Positions 39,316 through 49,831 of a stretch of 64,000 nt of DNA are shown here, in pieces. Each line of letters starts with the position of its first letter. Positions within the stretch are counted from its first letter, which is position 1. Both the position numbers and the translations under genes were made by a program. Below the pieces are notes generated by a model. It made no database searches, was not told the origin of the DNA, and saw only the letters and a program-made list of their open reading frames with translations. Source of the DNA: Podarcis muralis (Eukaryota); contig NC_135655.1 of the NCBI RefSeq assembly GCF_964188315.1, positions 67,580,001 through 67,644,000 on the forward strand, given 5' to 3'.

Positions 39316-40169
39316 TCAAATGTTTGCATGTCACAGGTCTGTTGAATTGTCCCCCACTGGTGGCAGCTATTTAAATTTTAAAGCTGTGCTGGTTAATTGC
39401 TTCCATGCAATTAATGTCGCGTCTAGTTTGGCCGTGTGCCTCTGCAATCAGGGGTGATTAAATGAAAGGCCAATAAGACTTGGGCCAATGGGAACAAATG
39501 GACTTTCAAGTGAACTTGGCTTAGATCAAGCTGCAATATCAGTGTGAAAACGAGTTTGTTTTTTAGATGTGTATGTTGTTTTTAATTTTTGATATAAATT
39601 AGCAATTCAGTAATTCATATATTTGATCAGTCATTAAAACTGGCACACTTTATTTATATCCTAACCTTAAAACTTGGGGTGGGGTGATAAGAAAGTGAAA
39701 CATAACTTCACATTTAGGGTTAATTTAAGCCCTATTCAGGTGTTATGAAACCATGTAGGCTATCATGTGAAGGGGCAGTAGAGGCAACCCCACTGGGTGT
39801 GCATTCCTTCATGTTTCTTTCAAAGCTATTTATTTATTTATTTATTGAGTTTATCTACCGCCCTATACCTGGGGGTCTCAGGGCGGTTAATCTAGCTAGG
39901 CTAGATAAGTAGTAGTTAAGCAAATGAACAATAAACTGGGAAAGTGTAACATGTGTTTATTTAGTGGCCTTAGATAAATGACTTGAAAGATCTGGGGGGG
40001 AGGGAAGCATTTTATAAATAGTCAGCAAATGAATTATTGGACAAGTCCATGGCAGTGAGAACCTCCATGCACATGTTTATAAGGAGATTTCTGAATTGGG
40101 GAGCCAAGATTTTAAAATGTGTTTAGAAAGCAGAAAGTACCCCGCTCCCCCCGCAATGAATTAGTGAAC

Positions 40170-40420
40170 CAATAGTACCTTGGCTCCCGAACGTCTTGGG
40201 AGTCAAACATTCCAGCTCCCGAACGATCGAAAACAGGAAGTGGGTTTTCCAGTTTTTGAACGTTCTTTTGGAAACCAAACATCCAACGGGGCTTCTGCGA
40301 CTTCTGATTGGCTGCAGGAGCTTCCTGCAGCCAATCAGAAGCCATGCTTTGGAAGTAAAACATTTTGGAAGTTGAACGGACTTCCGGAACGGATTCTGTT
40401 CAACTTCCGATTTACTACTG
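40170..40420 (+). mobile_element. Tc1/mariner MITE
   Basis: Degenerate ends caatagtacctt / tactactg|ta. Same core and orientation as 27388-27654. Confidence 0.8.
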
Positions 40421-42141
40421 TACAATTGTGCATTTGTTGAATGGAATCTATTGTGTCCCAGAAGAGTTTTGTGTCATGCAAACCACAAGCTAGCATGCAT
40501 TTAAGTACATTTAGGGTTGTATCTAACTAAATCATTTACTTCAGTGGAGCTACTCTGTGTATGGCTTAGCTGAATATAACCCTTAGCCCCAAACCAAATG
40601 ATTTAACTGGATGTAGAAATACAGTCAGAATCCATTTGTTTTATCTTGTTAGTGGTAAAATAACAAATACTAATATGTAACAGCCCAAAGCTTCTGCTGG
40701 TGTTTTTCCTTCCCTTTCCTTCCTCTATAATGAATCTATAAGCAAGTCATAAAAAGGAATCTGATTTCTTCTTGTTGTTTAATCTCCAAATCATTCAGTC
40801 CTCTCTTTCTCTGCAAAAGTATCTGCTTTACACACTTGAGCATTCAATAATCTGTCTAAAAACTTTACCAGGGCACTATAACTGCTCTGCTTGCATACAT
40901 ATTTTAACCTACTACTTTTTTAAAAAAAAAATCTTTATTAATCTTGTCTTGATAAAAAAAAGCCACCCTCCATTTATATCAGCACATCATAAATTCTTGG
41001 AGTCGATATGGAGTAAACGGCAGCATATAAAATGTGAGTAGGGTATTAGGACAGATTAATACAGAAGTTAATTACAGATCAGAAGGAGCTGTAAAAAGCT
41101 CACTTCTATCATTCTTTATTAGGTTGTTGACAAGAGCTTGCAAATATTTTTGATATGGAGGAAGTATAAGAGAGACCATAGATGAAGTCATATGAACCCA
41201 AATAATCACAATTATCTGCAAAAGCAGTATGAATGAATGATAGAAGTGAGCTTTTTACAGCTCCTTCTGATCTGAAATTAACTTCTGTATTAATCTGTCC
41301 TAATACCCTACTCACCTTTTATATGCTGCCATTTACTCCATATCTACTCCAAGAATTTGCTGCAGTAAACACAAATCCCTTTCCTGATCTGCAGAGCCCT
41401 CGACTATTTTATGTGTGCTCTTTCTTTCTCCTCCTTTGTGCTTAATATTTTACGACAAAGTACTCACTGTTGCATGTACAAATATGATGTCAATTATACA
41501 CAGCATCAATAATAAATAGATACCAAGAAGTGCTATCAAGACCCACGAGAAGGCATTTCCCTCAAACTTTTCTAAAACACAAGTCCATATGGAGTGTGAA
41601 GACTCACACATCATCCGTTTCAGTGATTAACATTTAATGGCGGAGCAACAATAAGATCACACAATCGTTATCTTCGGCACTGCCCACATGCTTGGATGCT
41701 TCTTGAAGCCTGATCTAGTTAGACAACTTGTGCCTTTGAAAGAGAGAGACAAGTGTGGTTGTTAGCAGTCTCTGTGGTATGAAGGTGCCAGGAGTGCCAT
41801 CTGTTGAGATCCAAAGTGAGATGTCAGTTGAGTCAGAGCAGAAGAACATATTATCTGTCTCAATGACAACAGAGACTTCTCAGAGCCACAGAGATTCAAA
41901 GGTCTCCTTTTTGTTAATAGTGTCAACGATTATCAACCAGTCTTGAAGATCATATATGGCATGAAGTGAATCCAAGGCCAGGTCATTTCACATCACTGTG
42001 TTTCTAGAGCAAATGTCAGCCTCCGTTCTGTATTTTGTATCATTCTGGTGCAATTGCTTTAGTCAATTTAGCACTCTAAAATTCAAGTACTCCAGCTTCA
42101 ACCATTTGGCTTGTGTGTATACATTACAGAATATAAACACA

Positions 42142-44114
42142 CGGAGCCAGACATTACAAGTTAAGGGCATTTGCAGATGACCTAGTATTAACCTTGCAAC
42201 AGCCAGATACTAGTACTAAAAGAGTATTAGAACTAATTGAGATATTTGGTCAAGTAGCAGGATTTAAACTGAACAAACAGAAAACGAAAGTGTTGGAGAA
42301 AAACCTAACATTGGCGGAAAAAGAGAAGTTTCAGAGTGAAACAGGTTTAGTGATAACGAAAAAGGTGAAGTACCTGGGGGTAAACCTAACATCCAAGAAT
42401 GTGAACTTATTTAAGGACAATTATGATAAATGTTGGACAGAAGTAAAGAAAGATCTAAAAATATGGTCAAGGTTGAGACTCTCATTGCTAGGCCGAATTG
42501 CTGTTATCAAGATGAATGTATTGCCTAGAATGTTGTTTTTATTCCAGACGTTGCAGATCTTGGTTAAAATGGACTGTTTCAAGAAGTGGCAGAAAGACAT
42601 ATCTAAATTTGTCTGGCAGGGCAAAAAGCCCAGAATAAAATTTAAGATTTTAACTGACGCAAAAGATAGAGGGGGGTTTGCCCTGCCGGACTTAAGACTC
42701 TATTATGAATCGGCGGCTTTTTGCTGGCTGAAACACTGGCTGCTTCTTGAGAATACAGACATTTTGGATCTGGAAGGGTTTGATAATAGATTTGGCTGGC
42801 ATGCATACATATGGTATGATAAAGTTAAAGTGCATAAAGGTTTCAAAAACCATATTGTTAGGAAAGCATTATATAATGTGTGGATGAGGTACAAAGACTT
42901 ATTGGAAAGTAAAACTCCCAGGTGGTTGTCACCAATGGAAGCTAAAGAGGTGAAAAAACTTAATATGGAGTCTAAATGGCCAAAATATTGTGAAATTATA
43001 GAGCAAGACGGTGAAAAAGTTAAATTACAGAGTTATGAGAAACTAAAGTCCAAGGTACGAGACTGGTTGCATTATCTTCAGATAAATGAGATATTTAAAC
43101 AGGACAGGAAAATAGGCTTCCAGATGGAGAGGTCAAAATTAGAAACAGAACTGTTAGAACCCAATACTAAGAATCTGTCTAGAATGTATAATTTGCTGTT
43201 GAAATGGAATACACAGGATGAAACGGTGAAATCAGCTATGATTAAATGGGCACAAGATATTGGCCATGACATTATGTTTGCTTACTGGGAACAGTTATGG
43301 ACCACCGGTGTTAAGTTTACGGCATGTAATGCCTTAAGAGAAAATATAATGAAAATGATTTACAGGTGGTACATGACCCCAGTCAAGCTTGCAAAAATTT
43401 ACCATTCGCCCAATAATAAATGTTGGAAATGTAATGAGGCTGAAGGTACTTTTTATCACCTTTGGTGGACCTGCCCGAAGATCAAAGCCTTTTGGGAAAT
43501 GATCTATAATGAAATCAAGAAAGTCCTTAAGTGGACTTTCTCAAAAAAACCTGAGGCTTTTCTCTTGGGCATGGTCAACCAAGTGGTGCCAAGGAAGGAC
43601 AGGACATTTTTTATGTATGCTACTACAGCAGCAAGAATTCTTCTGGCAAAGTATTGGAAGACACAAGAACTACCCACTCTGGAAGAATGGCAGACGAAGG
43701 TGATTGACTATATGGGACTGGCAGAGATGACCGGCAGAATCCGTGACCAGGGGAAAGAGACAGTGGAAGAAGACTGGAAGAAATTTAAAATATATCTTAA
43801 AAATTGTTGTAAAATTGAGGAGTGTTAAGATGTTAAGGAATTAAGAAATAGAGAATTGCAGCTGAAATTAATAAGTTAAAGAAAAAAGAATCTAATGAAA
43901 GTGATTGAAATAATTAATTAATTTAAGGAGTTGCTGAAGAAATGTAAAACAAGGATGCATAAAAGGGGAGGTATGGGGAAGTCCGGGAAGTAAGGTGTAT
44001 GAAAATAAGATTATGAAATTATACATGTTTATATGTTTGTATGTTTTTGTTTTGTGTATGGTTTGTTTTTATTATGTGTTTGGAAAATCAATAAAAATTT
44101 ATTTTAAAAAAAAA
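42142..44114 (+). mobile_element. Young 5'-truncated L1 (ORF2 RT C-half, CCHC knuckle, 3'UTR, poly(A))
   Basis: 16-bp TSD acagaatataaacaca at 42126-42141 and 44115-44130. The frame is open from YKLRAFADDLVL (RT catalytic motif) through KCWKCNEAEGTFYHLWWTC to a stop at 43828. AATAAA at 44090-44095 is followed by an A-tail. Confidence 0.97.
42143..43828 (+). CDS. L1 ORF2 C-terminal fragment (no start codon, transposon-derived)
   Basis: The 544-aa ORF in the track plus an in-frame upstream extension GARHYKLRAFADDLVLT. Confidence 0.85.
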   Translation, partial: GARHYKLRAFADDLVLTLQQPDTSTKRVLELIEIFGQVAGFKLNKQKTKVLEKNLTLAEKEKFQSETGLVITKKVKYLGVNLTSKNVNLFKDNYDKCWTEVKKDLKIWSRLRLSLLGRIAVIKMNVLPRMLFLFQTLQILVKMDCFKKWQKDISKFVWQGKKPRIKFKILTDAKDRGGFALPDLRLYYESAAFCWLKHWLLLENTDILDLEGFDNRFGWHAYIWYDKVKVHKGFKNHIVRKALYNVWMRYKDLLESKTPRWLSPMEAKEVKKLNMESKWPKYCEIIEQDGEKVKLQSYEKLKSKVRDWLHYLQINEIFKQDRKIGFQMERSKLETELLEPNTKNLSRMYNLLLKWNTQDETVKSAMIKWAQDIGHDIMFAYWEQLWTTGVKFTACNALRENIMKMIYRWYMTPVKLAKIYHSPNNKCWKCNEAEGTFYHLWWTCPKIKAFWEMIYNEIKKVLKWTFSKKPEAFLLGMVNQVVPRKDRTFFMYATTAARILLAKYWKTQELPTLEEWQTKVIDYMGLAEMTGRIRDQGKETVEEDWKKFKIYLKNCCKIEEC

Positions 44115-45024
44115 ACAGAATATAAACACATATACACAGTGCCTCTCACCAAATGTTTTACCTATGGTGCCTTGGCCCCTCTGAACTGTGCCCCTGCATT
44201 CTCAGTACCTAGGACTTTCCACCCCCTTCTGAATGATTATAAAACCGATCTGGCACCTTTTTGATAGTAAGCGCAAGTGGTCTATTTCTAGACAATTCTG
44301 TTATTCTATCCTGATTCAAGTGGAGCACATCCCTTTTGTATAGGTCTATCTTGTCTGAAAATATTCTCCAGACCCACCCCCCTCAACACCATTAAATAGA
44401 TGATATCTAAAAACTTATGCTCTGTACAAAACACAAAAAGATAGATGTTCTAGTTCTTGCTTTCCAATTAAGACAGTGAAGTTCAGTGGGTAGCTAACAA
44501 GAAGAGGGTATTTTGGTAGCAGCACATATACTATGGAATAGCTTCTCCAGAAAGGCCCACCAACTACCTTTTTTATGGTATTTTCAGCACCAGGTGAAGC
44601 ATCAAGTCTTTTAAACTTTTCTGTTAAATTCATGCTGTGCATTGATTTATGCTCTATCTGTTGTATCTTGCTTACTTTTATTGTTTGTTAACCTGTAAAA
44701 TCCTGAACTACATATATTAAATTAAGATGACGAATACAGATGGTAATACCCAGGTAACTTACCACAGTTTGCATGAACTATATTGTCCTACCAAGCAGGT
44801 AGCTTGATCTGCCTTCTCTCACCCCTGTTTGATAACTTCTCAAATGATATTTTGAAAACTTTAAAAGATCACACTGCTTCTTACTAGAAAAAAAAGACTT
44901 TTGGTTGCTGAAGCGTGGTGTGAGATTCAGTTCAGGTCCATGCATTAACTCTTGCCATTGGTTTCTGATAGAAATGTTGCCTGCATCTTCAAAGCCCTGA
45001 ATGTGTTCTGTTTTCTCATTGCAG

Positions 45025-45189
45025 AACGTCTATTACACAGGTAACCAGCAGTTCCATGTGGGTGTTCTAAGTCCTACCATTGATGATGATGACAACAGAT
45101 GCCTGGTAGATGTGAACAGCAGACCCCGACTAATTGAATGCAGTTACGCCAAAGCCAAAAGGATGAAGCTTTACTGGCAATTTACTCAG
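45025..45189 (+). CDS. GALNT18: GALNT18 coding exon (lectin beta repeat), 165 nt, phase 0-0
   Basis: ttgcag|AACGTC acceptor and CAG|gtgatt donor. Translates NVYYTGNQQFHVGVLSPTIDDDDNRCLVDVNSRPRLIECSYAKAKRMKLYWQFTQ. Confidence 0.96.
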
Positions 45190-45394
45190 GTGATTTTTAT
45201 TTTTATTTCAAAACAAAACACGAGTTTGCAGCTTTCACTGAATTATGAATGACTTCTCAGCTCTGCAAATAAGAAATGACTGTGTTACTTTGAAAAGTAA
45301 ATGGTAGATGAGATGGGAAGCTTCTGCCTCTGGACGGTGTTACTTCAGACTGCAGGTATGAAGGCTTAAACCAGGGATAGGGTACCATTTTCAT

Positions 45395-47180
45395 TTTTTT
45401 AAAAAAAAATAATTTTTATTAAGTTTCATATTGCCAAATTAAACATACCAAACCAATTAGTTCAAATTATAACAATACATATCATGTAATGAAATTATTT
45501 TCCGAATTATAAATTTTTGTGGGGGGTACCCATGCTTCTTGATCGGCAGGAGTCCAATCCTCAACTGTTTTCTGCTGCTTTCATATTAAGAATGATGTTT
45601 CCAGTCTCCTCTTCTCAATGCTTATCATTACTCATTCTCCTTTTCTTTCACCTCCAAATTGCTCTGCAAGTGGGTTGAAAAAAACAGTCTTGTTTGTATT
45701 TCTGTGTGGACTTTGTACTGCTCTCTCATAAATCCCAATAGTTCAGGCAGTTCCGCTCGAGCAAGCGATCGCCATCTTGTCGTTCGAATGAAATACAGTC
45801 CAAAAGCTCGCTCTTTAGCTTTCCCGACCTGTTGCATCGTAAATTAGTCTTTTTCCAGGAGGGCTGCCCCTTCCAGTTCGCAATCTCTTCGAAAATAATA
45901 AATCTTCGGCTCGCCTTCCCCAAGACCAAACCTCTGGGCCTCATCAATAGGAGTATAGCATCTAGATCAAGGGAAGTAATAGTGCCACTGTATTCTGCTC
46001 TGGTCAGACCTCACCTGGAGTACTGTGTCCAGTTCTGGGCACCACAGTTCAAGAAGGACACTGACAAACTCGAACGTGTCCAGAGGAGGGCAACCAAAAT
46101 GGTCAAAGGCCTGGAAACGATGCCTTATGAGGAACGGCTAAGGGAGCTGGGCATGTTTAGCCTGGAGAAGAGGAGGTTACGGGGTGATATGATAGCCATG
46201 TACAAATATATAAAAGGATGTCACATAGAGGAGGGAGAAAGGCTGTTTTCTGCTGCTCCAGAGAAGCGGACACGGAGCAATGGATCCAAACTACAAGAAA
46301 GAAGATTCCACCTAAACATTAGGAAGAACTTCCTGACAGTAAGAGCTGTTCGACAGTGGAATTTGCTGCCAAGGAGTGTGGTGGAGTCTCCTTCTTTGGA
46401 GGTCTTTAAGCAGAGGCTTGACAACCATATGTCAGGAGTGCTCTGATGGTGTTTCCTGCTTGGCAGGGGGTTGGACTCGATGGCCCTTGTGGTCTCTTCC
46501 AACTCTATGATTCTATGATTCTATGATTCTATCCTGCAACACAGGTCTCGTAACAAATCTCCATTCTAACTGCGTCACAAGAGAGCCCTTCTCTTTCCAA
46601 GTCCTTTACAGAGTTAAACCTTTAAATTCATATTATTCCCACACAGATCATTTTCAGTCCCATTTGCCAATTAGTTGCTGTGACGAGTCTTCTAAGAGGG
46701 AGAGTTACTAGTTAATCACATAGAGGGGGGGGAATAAAAAGCCACCCCCCCTTTGAGTTCCGTTGCACTCCAATCCACATACCAGCTTGTCTGTAATACT
46801 TTGATGTAATCTTCCGTCTCAGTCGTCTTCATTTCAGCGGTACAGTTGTTAGCAGATCAAAACCTCCTGCCTCTCTTGAAGCATGTGCGTTATCTTTCAC
46901 CAATTTTTTTTCTTTTAAGTAACGCAACTAGTTTCGCTCCTGGAAGTAGCTTCGGAGGAGTCCCGAGACTCGCCAAGGGTTGTGCACCCAGTGCCTCACC
47001 CCCTCCTTCTTCCGAACTCAGGGGTGATTTATGGCAACAGCGGGTGATAACTACATCTCTCCCCCCTGGAGAGATGTTAGGGAGACTGATATACTCCCCA
47101 TAATCAGCCTCTAATTACCTCGTGCGAGCTGGATAGATGTTAATATCCGCCATCTTCCAAGGCGCCCCTAGCGGCCCCCC
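45395..47180 (-). mobile_element. ORF-less L1-derived element (5'UTR-like promoter fused to L1-type tail) containing a nested CR1
   Basis: 11-bp TSD accattttcat at 45384-45394 and 47181-47191. The minus strand starts GGGGGGCCGCTAGGGGCGCCTTGGAAGATGGCGG (YY1-type AAGATGGCGG) and ends AATAAAAATTATTTTTTTTAAAAAAA, similar to the tail of the L1 at 44090-44114. Confidence 0.8.
45934..46532 (+). mobile_element. Young 5'-truncated CR1 LINE (ORF2 C-terminus and (ATTCTATG)n tail)
   Basis: Open frame [19 protein letters not shown]...[11 protein letters not shown]...FKQRLDNH, tail ctatgattctatgattctatgattctat, possible 3-bp TSD cct at 45931-45933 and 46533-46535. Confidence 0.95.
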
Positions 47181-47228
47181 ACCATTTTCATAGCAAGGTA
47201 TGCATTCCCTCATGGACAGCTTGCCAGT

Positions 47229-47290
47229 AGTGGGTAGGGCCAGATAAAAAGTGGGTGGGGCCAGATAAAAAGTGGGTGGGGCCAGATAAA
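47229..47290. repeat. About 3 copies of a 21-bp tandem unit agtgggtggggccagataaaa
   Basis: Direct inspection. Confidence 0.9.
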
Positions 47291-49113
47291 TGTCTCATAA
47301 CTTTGTATAATAAGCTTCATTCTAGTCACATGGAAGCCAGAGGTTTATGCATGCCCTCCCCAAAACATCTTTTCCTTTTCCATCCAGAAAAGCAAGAGAC
47401 ACTAACACAGTTCAAGGACATAGTCCAGCAAAGCAAAAGCATTTCAGGAGGCCATAGATCAGGGCTGGTGAGGGAGCAACCTGGGAACAGTCCCAAGGGT
47501 TGAATAGAGAGGCCTCAGCAGTCATATTTGGCCAGTAGAAAAGAGGTTCTCCATTTTTGGTTTCCATGACGGAATGCTCCCCCCACAAACCAAAAAAAAG
47601 ATCCCAACCTATAGAAAACTTAGGGAGACACCAGAGAGAAGACTGGATAACTGGGAGGGGGGGTCAAAATTATTTATGGATATGCATAGTGGCATCCCTT
47701 TTGAATGCTTGTCACCATCTTTACAAGTGGTGGTGTCCATGAAATAATGCTGCAAGTTAAAATAGATGTCAGAAAACACTCCTCCTAACGCCCACAGACA
47801 AAGCTCTGAAGAAGGGAAGATGAAGCTCCTTTCTTTGTCTCCTGATGATAAGAGGCAAAGGAATAATTAAAGGCATGCTGTTCAGAAAGGATTGTTTTGC
47901 TAATACCCAGTGTGATTAAAGTGTTGTTGTTTCAGAACACATAATGTGATGCAAAGTAGGTTTGCATGCTGTAAGCTACAAGGGAACTAATGAGAGTAAT
48001 CAAGGACTCCGAGAGATGTTTGCACATTGTATTGTACTTGCTTCCATTTCATCTAGCAAAACGAGTATGCCTCTCTGAGAAAAGGAAAAAAATCTCTTTA
48101 TAAGAATGCTCAACTAATCATATTTTAACATTTACAACACTGTGAAAATGCACAGGGTAAGGCAGTGCTGCTATCCTGAATGAAACTATAAACTTGAGAG
48201 TAGTCCTTACGGCCTACGTGAAATCACAGTGAAGTAAATTTTTTTGAGTGCCTGTATGAAAACAGAGTGCTTTAAATATCCTGCTACCCAAAACTTTCCA
48301 GTGGAGTTAAAGCTCAAGCCAAGAACAATAACAAAGCTTCAAACAACTTTCAGTGGCCTTCCAAATCCTAGTTTCCCTTTCCATGCTATTCATTATTGTT
48401 AAATTCAGCTTCTTATCCTAGCATTTGGAAAGCACATATAAAGCCCAATCACCTGGGAAGCTTTTGACTACGATTACGGAGTCATTGGGGTAGTGAAGAG
48501 CTGGTGGTACTGGGTTCCAAGACAGCTGGAAAAGGTCTGTGAAACAAGCCCTAACACAGCATTTGGAGGGAAGGCCAAAGGAGAAGTGTTGCAGTCTTGT
48601 TATTGCATTTATTGTAAGAATATTTAAAATAATAATAATAATGTTGCATTATAAACTAGGTCGTAAAAACAGAGCTGCTCACGCACTCTCCCAAACTCTC
48701 CACCTGTATCAACCCAAAGCCCATGTGGGTATGAATATAGCTAAATAGATTGTTTCCAAGGAATTGGTTTCAGCGGAAACTAATTATATAACAGTTTAAA
48801 TGGCAACAGCATTGCATTTCGTAAATACATTCAAATTGTGAAGAGACTGAAGTTTGACTTTTGTCCATACCTAACTAAGTGTTTGGAAGGAATGGGGAAG
48901 AGTGAGGGAGCTGTCAAATTGCAGCTTAGAGTGAATCAAAGATTAAATATCTCAATGGGAATATGAAACCGTTTGTTAAAAACAGACCAGAATGTCTATA
49001 TTTCCACACACCCTCTAAGAGAATTTTCCTAAGAGATATAGTAGCAGCCGCTGCAATTGTAGTTAGCCATGGTGCTTACAACTTGAAGGCAACTACTGTA
49101 CAAGCAGATGTCT

Positions 49114-49114
<1 letters not shown>

Positions 49115-49154
<40 letters not shown>
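49115..49154. repeat. (GT)20 microsatellite
   Basis: Direct tandem repeat. A second (GT)n tract lies at about 49796-49828. Confidence 0.97.
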
Positions 49155-49156
<2 letters not shown>

Positions 49157-49528
49157 ACGCAGGTGTCACTGTGGTCTAAACCACTGGGCTTCTTGGCCAG
49201 GCCTATCAGAAGGTCAGTGGTTCAAATCCGCTTGATGGTGGTGAGCTCCTGTTGCTCTGTCCCAGCTTCTGCCAACCTAGCAGTTCAAAAGCATGCCAGT
49301 GCAAGTAGATAAATAGGTACTGCTGCGGTGGGAAAGTAAACGGCATTTCTGTGCGCTCTGCCTTCTGCCACAGTGTTCCATTACACCAGAAGTGGTTTAG
49401 TCATGCTGGCCACATGACTCGGAAAGCTGTCTGTGGACAAACGCCAGCTCCCTCGGCCTGAAAAGTGAGATGAGCGTCGCACCCATAGTCGCCTTTGGCT
49501 GGACTTAACCATCCAGGGGTCCTTTACA
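49155..49528 (+). mobile_element. Sauria SINE (older or different subfamily)
   Basis: Head ggacgcaggtgtcactgtggtctaaacc...ggttcaaatcc, core gcaagtagataaataggtac, tail ggggtcctttac. Confidence 0.88.
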
Positions 49529-49555
49529 CCCCCACCCCCGGTCTGTATATATATA

Positions 49556-49792
49556 CAGTTGTACCTTAGTTCTTGAATGGAATCCGTTCTGGAAGTCTGT
49601 TCAACTTCCAAAAATGTTCGAAAACCAAGGTATAGCTTCCAATTGGCTGCAGGAGCTTCCTGCACTCAATCGGAAACCACGTCAGACATTCAGCTTCCAA
49701 GAAAGGTTCGCAGACTGGAACACTCACTTCTGGGTTTGTAGCATTCAGCAGCCAAAACGTTCAAGTCACAAGGCATTTGAGAACCAAGGTAC

Positions 49793-49797
<5 letters not shown>
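49556..49797 (-). mobile_element. Tc1/mariner MITE, inverted relative to 27388-27654 and 40170-40420
   Basis: TA|cagttgtacctt ... ccaaggtacgagtg. The interior is the reverse complement of the other two copies. Confidence 0.82.

Positions 49798-49831
<34 letters not shown>

Noticed and set aside
39350-39366. CTCF-like motifs (also near 47160 and 62348)
   Set aside because: Each has about three mismatches or a spacing defect relative to the core consensus, which is not distinguishable from chance without ChIP data.
41500-42000. Possible fossil hAT transposase on the minus strand (ALD...ISTDGTPG in one frame)
   Set aside because: Only two short motif resemblances, with an in-frame stop, shorter spacing than I would expect, and no TIR or TSD. 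A tBLASTn or HMM hit would be needed.
45832-46446. 204-aa ORF as a chimeric protein gene
   Set aside because: It begins at TTG in the antisense strand of the L1-derived element and runs into a CR1 ORF2 fragment. It has no proper start and is explained by the nested insertion.
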